Source: Paraspadella gotoi (Eukaryota; Animalia; Chaetognatha). Taken from it: a DNA stretch of 64,000 nt. Every line of letters begins with the position of its first letter. The first letter of the stretch is position 1. Location of the stretch: the NCBI GenBank assembly GCA_051294375.1, contig CM119266.1:13056864-13120863 (forward strand), read 5' to 3'. A model generated the notes under the pieces. The model was given only the letters and a program-made list of their open reading frames with translations, did no database searches and was not told the DNA's origin. The position numbers and the translations under genes are program-made. Positions 40,791 through 53,900 of the stretch are shown here, piece after piece.

Positions 40791-41212
40791 TACAAATAGA
40801 ACCTACTTTCTGCAATCGCCATCCTTACCTTTCTTCCAACTCTGATTGCGAGAATGGGGAGTGATGCTCTCACTTCTCGCCAGAGGGCGGAGTCGAGACT
40901 TTGTGATCGGAATCGAACCTCGTTAAAGAGGACGAGGAGGAAGAGGAAGGATGAGGAGGAGGACTATAATGAGGAAGATGTGAAGATTAGTGAGAATGTG
41001 GACGGATAGTCGTTGTGAGAATCTTGCTGTGAGACGGCTGTGAGAGAGGAAGTAGGTAAACAGTGAGAAGAAGAAAATAAGAGAGAGAAAGAGACAGACA
41101 ATGTTTAAGAATAAAAAGTTTTCAAACAAAGTCCTCATTCTCACAGCGGGATACAGAGGGAGAGAGAGAGTGAGAAGAGAGAGAGAGAGAGAGAGAAGAG
41201 AGAGAGAGGAGA

Positions 41213-41246
<34 letters not shown>

Positions 41247-41904
41247 GACTGGATTTGACGGTCTATAAATGTGTAGCGGTAAAAGGCATATTCCTTCATT
41301 TACGCCCTTTTGAAAGGAAAAGAAAATGGCCTTCGCGAAAGGAGGAAGTTTGTGATGGTGGCTGAAGAAAGAAGTCGGTGGTGAAATGATGGATACATAC
41401 ATTTGCTTACCATGTCATTACCAAATGGGATTGTATGTAGTAGATTAACATTTGGCTATTGGTAGTTGGCAAAAAAATTATGTGAGATTTACTATTGTAG
41501 AGAACGTAGAATTTATGAGTTGAAAAGAAGCGTTATGAAATAACTATGTAGATGCTCGAGACTTTGTATCACGAAAGTAGAAAATTGGAAAGATGCCAAT
41601 TTAGAAAATAAATCGAGGAAAGTCTCGCTTCTCTCTCAAAGGACTGGGATGTCGTAGTCATCAACATCGTCACCATCGTCGTCGTCGTCGTCATCGTCCC
41701 ATCAAAACGACCCTCAACGAACATTCCTTCTCCCAATAAAGTAAACACTTTTCCAAACTTCCTCTCGCGCGACGATGCGACTCCATGCGGCGGGAATTCG
41801 TTCTCTCCTTCCACAGACGAAGGCGACTAACCCAGAAAAAGTCCCATTACCGTCTTTAATCGCAAAGTCGTTTTCGTCGTCGTCCTCGTCGTATGTCTCA
41901 GTGG

Positions 41905-41949
<45 letters not shown>
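41905..41949 (+). repeat. (GTC)n trinucleotide repeat
   Basis: Visible; one of many GTC/GAC runs in the window. Confidence 0.9.
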
Positions 41950-41954
<5 letters not shown>

Positions 41955-42663
41955 TGTTTGCATCGTCGCCCAAACATAATAAAAGAAGTTTGAAAGGAAA
42001 AGAAGAGATGAAGAGATGGAGGAACCGCGGGGAACCGTCATCCAGGTGAAAACATTCCAGGGACTAGAAGGCGTCTCTCTGTCTCTGTCTGGCTCTCTCT
42101 CTCTCTCTCTCTCTCTTACTCTTACTCTTACTCTCACTCTCTCTCTTTTTCTCTCCCTATCTCCTCTTAATAAACTCTGCCTCACAATATCCTCTTAATA
42201 GAAAAACGGGACTGATTTATTCAGTAAGGATCCTAATTATATTTTGGCAACGAAGCCTGAAGAAACGCAAAAAAAAAAAAAGGAAAAAGAAACTTTCACA
42301 AGCAGAAAACAATATGAATGGGATATTCACAGTATGGGAACATATCGAATGAGTCAGGATATGTTTAAATAGACAACAGATTCAGAATTTTAGAAAATCC
42401 CCATCTTAACTTTTAGTTTAAAAGTTCGCACTGTACATTGTATAATTTACAATGAAGTAAGAGTAGCACGATAAGATTCCTTTCGGAAATAATTCACTCA
42501 AACGAGTGATAACAAATTATTTGATTGTATAAGCCTAAAACATTACTTGCGCGATCTTCCACAATTTCCTGATATTAAACCTATTAAGCAATATCAAACA
42601 AAAAGTTTTGAAGAACTTAAGTTAAAAATTAGTCATGCTTACAAAAATTTTGTCACTTTATTT

Positions 42664-42848
42664 TCACGTCCTGACGGGCCGAGAGCACATGGGCCCGGTC
42701 CACTCGGCCGGGCAGAGGCAGTGGCAAGTCTGGTAGGGCATCGCCTCGTGATATCCACCGTGAATCCTCTCCATCACTCCTCCATTGTGACAGTGAGGCG
42801 GGTAAACTTCCTGCCATTTGTGATGCGCCTTCGAACAGTCGAATTTCA
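42664..42848 (-). CDS. Exon (probably terminal) encoding an EGF-like domain; unidentified gene
   Basis: Strong acceptor ttttttattatcttctcgtAG, then KFDCSKAHHKWQEVYPPHCHNGGVMERIHGGYHEAMPYQTCHCLCPAEWTGPMCSRPVRT*. Contains the EGF hallmarks CxNGG and CxCPxxWTGxxC. Confidence 0.65.
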
Positions 42849-43177
42849 CTACGAGAAGATAATAAAAAAAAATGACTTATCAGCCATTTATAAATATATA
42901 AGGCAGATGGAGAAATGAAAGGCTCAATGAGACTCATCTTTGTGGATAAGGTGCTAAGTGGGGTGAAGACAGCACCTGTGGTTGGAACAAAGTATGATGG
43001 TTTTTCACGCCGCAAGGCTGTTTACGGCCGTCCTCACGCTTCTCGCAAGGTAAGTACCCGGTTGGGATAGAACCCGGTACTTAGTGGGCATGAGCAGATG
43101 GCTTTACTTAATGAGCCACTGGGTCAGAACTGAAAGTGTCACGCTTATAGCCCGACTACATCTCCCTCGCCCCTCAC

Positions 43178-43243
43178 CGATATGAGATCCGCCGTCGCCT
43201 CCTTCATCTTCGAAACCGCCGATCACTTTGTCGCGTTGATCGC
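43178..43243 (-). CDS. Candidate upstream exon of the EGF-like gene
   Basis: Acceptor ttttcacttattcAG and donor GTGAGG flank 66 nt open as (G)DQRDKVIGGFEDEGGDGGSHI. It ends in phase 1, compatible with the EGF exon. It could also be UTR. Confidence 0.35.
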
Positions 43244-43385
43244 CTGAATAAGTGAAAATAATAAATTTATATTTAACTCTGCAAAATAAATTATAATTCC
43301 GAGTGTACCGATTCCTAGTTTCATCTCTCGTATAAAAAATGGGCGGAGTCCCTTTCATCGTCGCCACGCTCGGTACGTGCCTTTT

Positions 43386-43422
<37 letters not shown>

Positions 43423-43721
43423 TTATCCGTCTCCCTCTACTGCTCTCTCGTCTGTGCCTCTCCTCTATACTCCTACGCTCCTCATCTCGCTCTCTCTCTC
43501 TCCTCTCTCTCTCTCTGTCCTGATCTCTGAAATAGCGCCAATCGTTGCCCTCGTCTGGCCGGTCGGACGCTTAAAGCCAATATTCACTTTATTCAGTTCA
43601 CGTTCCATTGTGTTGGTTCTTCCACGGCGGCGGCGACGCCCCCCACCCTCTCTCTCTCTCATCTCTCTCTCTCCTCATCTCTCTCTGCTCTCTCTCCTCA
43701 TCTCTTCTCTCTTCTCTTCCC

Positions 43722-43752
<31 letters not shown>

Positions 43753-45683
43753 CCTCTCTCTGCTCTTCATCTCTCTCTCACTCTCTCTCTCTCTCTCGTC
43801 TCTCGGTTCTTATTGATTCAAAAGAGTATAAAGCTAAACTCAACCGATGCAACATCCCTCCCCCCGCCAATTTTTCATTGCAAAGAAGAAGAGCGATTAA
43901 TTAAGATATACACGAAACGAATAACCGACCCCGAGAAATTCTGGCCGAGAAACCGGCGTCAGTAAAAGAGAAGAAAAGGAACATCGCCGGAACATGATGG
44001 CGTCCATATAGATAGTCATGGAAACGAGGCAGCTCTGAAAGCAGGGAGAATTGTATTTGACAAAGTTTTCCTGAATTCTGCAACTTATGTAGAGGTAGAA
44101 AAAGCAGACGCCCATTGACTCTTGCTCCATTAACAGTCGGAAATCGGCGAGTAGTCTGGGGTAAGAGAAACGGAGACGGGAAAGAACCGCCGGAAGACGT
44201 TATAAGATCGAGGAAGTTCCGGAAACCGACGAAGCGAGAAAAGAAATATGAAAAAAAAAGTAATATGGACGTCGTTATCTCGTTTTATCATTAAACCTCG
44301 ACGAGGAATTTTTCTTCTTTCATGACTAGAAATTAAGTTTTAATGGGAAGTCATTCGCGGGAGGTGAACTGTGTGGGTAATTTACTCGAACAAAGGGATC
44401 GTTTATGTTTAAATACTTAATATTTCGTCGTAATTCTAGTTAAAATTTTTGTACTAACAACATTTAGGAAAGTTAAAATAAGTACGACCGGATAGGAAAA
44501 TAGGGGAAAAGTCACGTAACTTCAAAGAACGAAAATCTCCAGGTTATGATTAAATTTAAAAAAAAAAACTTCATTCTCGATCGTTAAGCTTTTATTCGAG
44601 TCACAAATTTTCATAGATTTTTCACTTTTTTTCTCTTCCGACGTCGTTGACGTCAAAACCTTTTCCGTGAGATGTCGCTAGAGAATTTTCTACGTCGTCG
44701 AAAAATAAGAAAAATGNNNNNNNNNNNNNNNNNNNNNNNNNNNNNNNNNNNNNNNNNNNNNNNNNNNNNNNNNNNNNNNNNNNNNNNNNNNNNNNNNNNN
44801 NNNNNNNNNNNNNNNNNNNNNNNNNNNNNNNNNNNNNNNNNNNNNNNNNNNNNNNNNNNNNNNNNNNNNNNNNNNNNNNNNNNNNNNNNNNNNNNNNNNN
44901 NNNNNNNNNNNNNNNNNNNNNNNNNNNNNNNNNNNNNNNNNNNNNNNNNNNNNNNNNNNNNNNNNNNNNNNNNNNNNNNNNNNNNNNNNNNNNNNNNNNN
45001 NNNNNNNNNNNNNNNNNNNNNNCTCTCTCTCTCTCTCTCTCTCTTTTCAAAACTCTTCCCCCCAGTTACCCGACCACCCAAAACCACCCAAACCACCCTC
45101 CAATCTCGCGAGACTTAAACTCCCCCAAACACGCCGTCGAACTCTAAAATGTAAATGGGTCGGAAAATTTGGAGAACCTAAATTTTCTACGAAAAATTTC
45201 CTTCTTTCGGCGAAAATTCGTCGGCGGAAGTGAAAGAATTTCGGTGTTTGTGAAGGAGGGGGGGAAGGAGTGGGGGAAATCTTATTATATATTTGTGAGA
45301 GAGAAAAAGAAAGTAAAAGAAGGTGGTGAAGAATGTGAAGAATGAAGAATTGAAGATATTAAAGGAAGGAAACGAAATGACAGAAAAGAATGCTATGTAC
45401 TGTCAAGAAAATAAAACTGAGTTAATAATATCTTTGAAAATTACCACATGAGAAATTAAAATACGGTATGAAAATAAAAAACAGTTATTTAGAGGTAAAT
45501 AAAAATGATAATGTTGAAAGTGGAGTTAAAAAACTGAAGAAGAAAATAACTTGGATGAAAAAGGAAAGAGCGAGGAGCGAAGCCAACGAGACTCCATAAC
45601 CGCCAAACATTTACAGCTTTTAAATTTCCTGCGATGAATTTTCACGACGCATAGAGAGAGAGAAGAAGAGAGAGAGAAGAGAG

Positions 45684-45764
<81 letters not shown>

Positions 45765-46289
45765 AAGAAAAAGAACAGGACCAGACAGAGAGATCTAAAA
45801 TGTATTCCGGTGGCCTTTAGAGGTTAGTTCATCGGCTTCACATTGACTAACATCAACATCCCCTCCTCTTCCTCTTCCTCCTCCTTAATTCATCACGTGA
45901 AGCCATCCCCGAGTCCGAGCAAAGGACAATCCCTCACCGTGAAGGTGAGTGAACACAGCCGAAAAAAACCGGTCTTTTCGTGGGAAGGGAGGTTTGGGAA
46001 TAAGTTTAGAGAGAAAATTTGGAATTAGGTGGAGGGTAAGAGGTAAGTGAAGATAGAAGAAGAAGGTATGGTGAGTCAATAGGACTTGAAAGGGAGTGAA
46101 CTAGTGAAACTTGTGAAGCAGGAAAACACTTTAAGCCAGCCAAACGGTGAAAACCAACCAGGCGTGCCCTTTGTGTTTTGATCCGGGGATTTTCGTGCGA
46201 AGTTTCGAGGAAAAAAATAAAAAAATAAAACAGTGTTTCTCCAACGTGCGGTGAAAACTCGTCTCACTTTCTGGTTTTTGTCTGATTTG

Positions 46290-46362
<73 letters not shown>

Positions 46363-46483
46363 CTCTCTTCTCTTTCACTTTCCATTTCGGATTCTTCTTC
46401 TGAGACACGCGGACTCCCTTTATTGCCTCGCGCCGGACCGAGAGAAGAGCGGAAAAAAACCTTCTTCTCTCTTACTCTCTCTC

Positions 46484-46547
<64 letters not shown>

Positions 46548-46693
46548 CTCGCTCTCTATTTCTCCGACCTCTTTTACGTCTCACATTCATCAGCAAAAAG
46601 CGAGAGACTGAGAATTCCATCACAGTAAGATTCTTTTCCGAGGAAGGGGAGATAAAAGGCCAGGACGAACCTTTGTCATGTTAAAGTAAAGAG

Positions 46694-46724
<31 letters not shown>

Positions 46725-47071
46725 GAGAGAGAGAGGAGGAGAGAGAGAGCGAGAGAGAGAGAGACGAGAGAGAGAGAAAGGTATCTGGGGAAACCAGGAA
46801 AGGCATAAGGAATAGAGCGGAATACGAATGAAGGTTGAGGGAAAGGTGAAGTCATGTCAACGAGAATCCAGATGTTAATAAAAATCATACATATCAAAAC
46901 ATGCATATAACAGAATATAGTAAAATCTAAAAAAAAAGAACTTGAAGTAGATTTGAGCGAAAGAAACAAAGGAGAAGAAAAAGAAAAGGAGAAAAAAACT
47001 GATGATGAACAATTGAACAGTCGAAGCGGTTGGTGAGATGAGAGGGAGATAATGGCGAGAACTAAGGGAGT

Positions 47072-47640
47072 TTGGGAATTGCGTTGAAGGAGAAGGCCAT
47101 GGAGGAAATGGGAAGAGGAGGAAAGGGAGGAAAGATGAGGAGGGGAGGAAAGGGAGAAAGAGGAGGAGGGGAGGAAAGGGAGGAAAGAGGAGGAGGAGGA
47201 AAGGGAGGAAAGAGGAGGAGTGGAGGAAAGGGAAGGAAAGAGGAGGAGGGGAGGAAAGGAGAAAGAGGGAGGAGGGAGAGGGAGGAAAGAGGAGGAGGGG
47301 AGGAAAGGGAGGAAAGAGGAGGAGGGAGGAAATGGGATGAGAGGAGGAAAGTGAGGAAAGGAGGAGGAGGAAGGAAAGGGGAGGAAGTCGAAGGAGAGAA
47401 GATGAATGGAGAGGAGAAGAAGAGCGGATGAAAAAAAGACGATTGAGGCCGCACCCGCTTGAAAAATTCAAATTGAATAATTGAGAAAAAGAGAGAAGAG
47501 AGAGAGAGAGAGAGAGGAGAGGAGGAGAGAGATGGAGAGGACAGAGAGAGGAGGATGAGAGAGAGAGAGAGAGAGGAGGAATCTAGATGAGAGAGAGACA
47601 GACGAGAGAGAGAGAGAGAAAGAAAGAGAGAGAGGGACAA
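47072..47640 (+). repeat. Polypurine low-complexity tract (GGAGGAAAG-type units followed by (GA)n)
   Basis: Almost pure A/G on the plus strand, with repeated gggaggaaagaggaggagggg units. Confidence 0.85.
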
Positions 47641-47733
47641 ACCGCCCTCGATAAGAATGGTCGGATAATGGGCGGTCTTGAACAATGGCTGCCAGGGTTG
47701 CGAGGGTCAAGGAAATCCTCGACTCTGCGACGT

Positions 47734-47776
47734 CGCCATTTCGTCCGCCATTTTGGCCGCCATTTTGGAAAATGGC
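47734..47776. promoter_or_regulatory. Cluster of four YY1/PHO-type motifs (CGCCATTT x3, AAAATGGC)
   Basis: cgccattt 47734, cgccatttt 47746, cgccatttt 47758, aaaatggc 47769. Function is inferred from motif match only. Confidence 0.35.
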
Positions 47777-48119
47777 TTCGTCTGCTTCGGGTTCGAACAC
47801 GAAGAGGGAGGAGAAGTGAAACGAGAAAATCGAATTTATCGGATTTCGGTTTTTTTCTTTGAAATTCGCATCGATTTTTTTTATTTTCACGGATTAAAAT
47901 TGGAAATTGGATAAAAGTTTGATTAAAAAGTCACTCAGATTCGAGATTAACTTTCGATTGTGTTATTTCTTTTTTTATACTATAATTATTGGTTCTTTAT
48001 ATTTCTTCGCTGAAGTTTTTTTTTCTCTATTCTTTTCCTTATTTTTGTCTTTCTCTTATTTCTTTCTCCCTTTTTCTCTTTCTTTCTACCTTTCTTTATC
48101 TCTTTCTATCTTTATAGTT

Positions 48120-48122
48120 TTT

Positions 48123-48216
<94 letters not shown>
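48120..48216 (+). repeat. (TTTC)n microsatellite
   Basis: Visible perfect array. Confidence 0.92.
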
Positions 48217-48217
<1 letters not shown>

Positions 48218-48562
48218 CTCTCTCTTTCTTTTCGTTTCCTTTCCTTTCATCCCTCTATTCTTTCTTTTGTGCGCTGGAATTCCCATCTCCATAATTTGCG
48301 GCTCCAACTCCTCCTCTTTTCCCGCTCCTCCTCATCTTTCACTCCTCCTTTTTTTTCTGCTCCTCTTCCTCCCTCTCCCCCCCCAACTCGCCTCGCGAAG
48401 GGAAATTCTCTCTCGGAAATTCAAAGACGTTTCCATCTTCCCTCCTCGACCTCGAGCTTTGCTGTCCAACGCAATCAAACTTTTTTTTCGCTGCTTCACT
48501 CACCAACAATTTCAACTTGTTCTCGTCATTGCAATCACCAGTTTCGTCAGTCATTCCGACAT

Positions 48563-48597
<35 letters not shown>

Positions 48598-49276
48598 NNN
48601 NNNNNNNNNNNNNNNNNNNNNNNNNNNNNNNNNNNNNNNNNNNNNNNNNNNNNNNNNNNNNNNNNNNNNNNNNNNNNNNNNNNNNNNNNNNNNNNNNNNN
48701 NNNNNNNNNNNNNNNNNNNNNNNNNNNNNNNNNNNNNNNNNNNNNNNNNNNNNNNNNNNNNNNNNNNNNNNNNNNNNNNNNNNNNNNNNNNNNNNNNNNN
48801 NNNNNNNNNNNNNNNNNNNNNNNNNNNNNNNNNNNNNNNNNNNNNNNNNNNNNNNNNNNNNNNNNNNNNNNNNNNNNNNNNNNNNNNNNNNNNNNNNNNN
48901 NNNNNNNNNNNNNNNNNNNNNNNNNNNNNNNNNNNNNNNNNNNNNNNNNNNNNNNNNNNNNNNNNNNNNNNNNNNNNNNNNNNNNNNNNNNNNNNNNNNN
49001 NNNNNNNNNNNNNNNNNNNNNNNNNNNNNNNNNNNNNNNNNNNNNCAGAGGCAGAGCACCAGAGAGCAGAGAGAGGAGAGAGAAGAGAGAGAGAGAGAGA
49101 TGAGAGAGAGAGACGAGAGAGAGAGAGCAGGATCGAGAGAGAGAACGCATCAGGAGAAAACTAAAAATCCTGAAATCGAGAAGAAAATACAAAGCATGTA
49201 GAGTCGCATTAATCTGGGAAGAGGCGATTGAACAGAACCTGACAGAGGAAAGAATTGGAGGGCCTGTGGGTGCAGC

Positions 49277-49310
<34 letters not shown>

Positions 49311-50926
49311 AGAGAGAGAGAGCAGAGAGAAGAGAGAGAGACGGATATTTTCTCTGCATCCAAGGGAGGCGGTGATTGAGATTGAGTCTCTTGAGAGGTG
49401 GAAGTAAGCGATTCTTGGTGTAAGCAGAAAATAAGTAGAAATAATACCACGACTTATCGTTTTTCTTTTCTACTACATCTATTGTTTGCTGTTTATAAAC
49501 GCATTCCGTTTTTCTCTACTTTTTTTCTGAGCAAAACTTTATTTTCCTTTTTTTTCTTCTGCTCAAAAAAACCGAGTCGTTCTTCCAGCGCGTAATTCCG
49601 ATTCCCGTAAACAAACTTTGTCTTTTCCTTTCACGGCTCAAAGTCACTAAGAATCACCGAGAATCACCGAGAGTCACCCACCCTCTCCATTTTCGTTTCC
49701 CGTTGGCCTCTTGACTCGTTAACCTCTCGATTTCTTCTTGACGTCGTTGTTGCCCTCGTTCCCGTTGTCGTTGTCGGCCTCGTCATTGTTATCGTCGTCA
49801 TTGTCCTCACTCTTTTCGTCGTAATTGTCTTATTGCCAACGTTTTTGTCATTAGTTTTGAATTCAGCTTCCTCAACTTAAACAGAATCTATAACTATATA
49901 TCTTTTGTTTTTCTTTGTTTATTTTTTATCGTCTTACTCATTAACTTTTCCTTCATCCTTTTATGGTTGTCGTTGTTGTTGTCGTTGTCGTCGTCGTCGT
50001 CGTCGTCACTCTTCCGATTCGACGCCTTTTGTCAGCGACGTGGAGACGCCATGGGTTTCTGCCCCGGGGATCAAAGGAGAGCGGGGGGGAGGGTGTGGGG
50101 GTGGAGCTGGAGAATCGGTGGAGAGAAACTTAGGACGAAGGGACAAAGAATTCGGAGAAGTGAAAGTGAGACAAAGAAATGACCAAGAATAGAGTGAATG
50201 AATAAAGACTGAGGACAAAATGAATAGGGAATAGAGTACGAGATTCTCGCGGTGGTCGTGCGACTGATTTTTCGATCGTGTCACAAATTCAAAAGGTTCG
50301 ATCTGATTAGGTGAAAGAATTGAAAAGTCCTGTCGAGTGTGGACGCAAAGGAACGGCTAGGGTGTCAATCGAAGATTTATGACTGGGTGGTGGAGTGAAA
50401 GAGGCCAGAGGATCAACTACGTCGACGTAAATCTGCGTACAATGAAAAGTTGGAGAAGCGACGACGGGAATCACCAATGAACTCACCCAACGCTTTAACT
50501 TCATTTCGCCTCATTTGAAGTTTTATTATCTGACCCACTTGAATGATTAATGAGCTACGGACAATATCCGGTTCTCTTCCCCTGGAAAAACGCGATTCTC
50601 AACATCAAGCCTTCAGCAAACCTCTCCCATCACCCCAGCATATCCAACTCCCCATTGATATTCCAATCCATCAAAAAACCCGCGAGGCATTTTTGACAAA
50701 TGGGTCGATCTCCGCTCTCCCGGTTCCGCTTCCGATTCGCGGCTGCAAGAGAAGAGAAAGAGCAAGAAATACCGTGTTGTAACCAGAGAGAAGAGGAAAT
50801 CCTGGCTATTTTGGAGAGTTGAGTTATCGCTGCGGTTATTAAAATAAAATGCGGAAGACTGATTGATTATGATGCATCATCCACCAGAGCGCTCAATGAC
50901 CCCATTTTATCACTCTCTCTCTCTCT

Positions 50927-50975
<49 letters not shown>

Positions 50976-53900
50976 CTCTTCCCCCTCATCCTCCTCTCTT
51001 TCTCTTTCTCTCTCCACCTNNNNNNNNNNNNNNNNNNNNNNNNNNNNNNNNNNNNNNNNNNNNNNGCGCGTGCAGCGGCGGAAGCGGGCGCAGCGGCGAG
51101 GCAAAAACAGTCGCCGACGCATAAAATTCGTGACGCTTCGAACGGGAAAATTTGATTTCGATTTGAATTAACTATTAGTTTTTATTTGCGGTGCCAATTT
51201 ATTTCAGCATGTTTTACATTTTCTTTTATTTAATGGATGCAATAAAACAAAACAAAATGAAGTGAAAACCGAATCCTTTAAAAAATAAGGTAGCTGAAAA
51301 ACATAGCTTAAACAGAAAAAGAAACGTCAAAGAAAACAACGACATCGAACAAGCACAACACCTCATATCGAGTGCGAACGCGCAAATGGCGACGGAGAAA
51401 TTTCCTAATGCGAGCCGGTCATTCGCCAGCGGCCATCGTTTAACGCGCCCACCGACACGCTCGCACCCTCTAACGCCGCCCTTGTACACCTTCCACGTGC
51501 TCGTAAAGCGCTCGGATTGTGTTTAACATCCGATTGTTTTTTCCTTTTCCTCCAGACGAATGTTCCATCGTCGTGGTCGTTGTCGGTCGTTCGTCGTCGT
51601 CGTCGTGCGTCGCGTCTTCTTCACATTTAGATGCTTCACGAGCCTGCACGGCCACCCCCGTCGCCCCCACGGCCTCTTCTCGCGCGCCGAAAGATAGCAA
51701 GCTTCTTTGTTGTGATCACAGAGCGCGAGCGGGACTTCTCCATTTGCATTCCGATAATTGGCGCTAAACCGCAATCGTTTCTCTATTCCCAATGATTCCG
51801 CTTTTTTTAAGTTTCTTCTTAAATGTGTACTTTATTTATCTCTCTCTTTGCAAGAACCCATTTATGACATCAGAGACTGACAAGGCAGAACCGATTGCGT
51901 TGCGCTGCGTCACGGAGCGTTGTCGTTGTAATCGCCGTCGTCGTCGTCGTCGTTGCCATCTGTATACAGAGTGCATTGTCTTAAATAATACCGTCATCAG
52001 TATTGCATCGTCCTTATCGTCATAGTTATCGTCGTCGGCGTCGTTCACGTCGTCGTCGTCGTCGTCACCGCCGTGAAAGGGGATCTGGCGCTCGTCCTCA
52101 ACGGTCGAGGATTTCCGTTTGATCGAGATTCGATGCCAATGCCTTCCTACGAGTTCCATCAGCAAACGTCTCATTTTCCATCGCAGAGGAGTTTAATGTT
52201 TCTAGAGTATCTAAAGGTAAACGTTTAACTTACTAAATATAAAATTTGTTGACTTTATTTTCTCGTTCTTTTTCTTTTCTCCATTTTTTTCTCCCTCCTT
52301 TCTCTTTTCTCCCCCATTCTCTCAATCTTCCTCTCTCCCGCTGCTCGAAGTCTCTCTGACTGAGATGATAACAACAACAACAGCAACAACAACAACAACG
52401 CCGACGACGACCACGATGACGTCGCCGCCCGAAATCCTCTCGTTCCTCGCTCGCCCGCTGAGCGGATCTCTGCCGGGCATCTCTGGCCAAAGGGAGCTCA
52501 GCCCGATTAAAGAGCTCGGAGAGAGGGGGATTAGGAATGGAATGAAAAACAAAAGGGAGAGAGAGAGTGAGAGAGAGAGAGAGAGAGACGTGAGAGAGAG
52601 AGAGAGAGAGAGAGAGAGACGAGAAGAGAGAGCAGAGAGAGGAATGAGGGAGAGAGAGAGAGAGAGAGAGGAGGAGTTGAAAAAGCCTCCTCACAGTTTC
52701 CAACGGTCATCGAATTTCCCGTTTCACGACCTTCACTTTGAGGATTGAGTGACTTCGGTCGAATCACGTGAAATAAGAAATATGCTCGTTCTAAATAATC
52801 TAAATAATTCATATAAGTACGGTTATTTTCTCTCTTTCACTCATATTGTTTACTAGAACTATTAATTAATAATAATACTATTACTTCTTAGTGTAAGCGT
52901 AAGAGACTCTTGGACTTTGTTAAATCAAAAATAAAATAAAATAGAAATGCTCAGACTTGAAATTACTGTTATCTGTTCTTTGGGTTGATTTCTCTTTCTT
53001 AAAAACTTGCATCAAATAGACTGCTCTGTTTGACTCCGTCTCGATTTCACTGTTTGCCAGCGCCATCTCCCGTTGCGACGCTGTTTGCTCTTCTTGTTTG
53101 TTCGGGATTAACTTGAATACACTCGGACTCTCGGAGCGAGTCATTCTTGAGAATTTAAATTTAAATTTGTTAAACTTTAAAAACTTCCCCTTTTTAATTT
53201 TTTTCCGTTCCTTTGTATCGAATTTAATATTTTATATAAAAATGACTTACCTTTAGAGGTATTTCTCCCTTTTTTTCTTTTTTGATTTTCACCCAATGCA
53301 CCCTGTACAATAAGAGCCTATGTCTTAATTTTTTTATCTATCTCTGTCTCTGTCTCTTTCATCGTTCTTTCCTTCTTCCTCGTCTCTCCCACTTCTATCT
53401 TCTTCTTCCAACCCATAACCCTCTCCTTCTCCTTCTCCTCCTCCTCCTCCTCCTCCTCCTCTCGTATCGCTGGCCACAAATTGCCAATCACCATCGTTTC
53501 GGCGCCGGGAAACCGAGGAAAAGAAAAAGGGTCAGCGCCGGGAAAGGCGACGATGATGACGACGACCATCACGAGAAAGGAAACGACAACGACAACGACA
53601 ACGACAACCATAATGATGACGATATTTCTGACAAAGATAGCGACGAGGAAAGAGAAGGAAAAAAACTAGGATGACGTAGACACAGTCGTTTCCAGTCTGC
53701 CATTTTTATTAAGCTAAACAAAAAATATTTAACTAAAATATAATTTCCTTTTCTTCTCCAGAGGCGTTTCTTCATGCATAAGATTTCGGTAACGACGACT
53801 ACGACAACAACAACAAAAACAACAACAACAACAACAACGCGAAAAACAGGCGATATTAAATTCATAGCCGGAGGAGAGGATTCCTCGTTAACCGCTTTAT

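Noticed and set aside
47062-47685. ORFs rich in ER/SL/FLSF/PPF repeats here and throughout the window
   Set aside because: These are translations of (GA)n, (TTTC)n and polypurine tracts.
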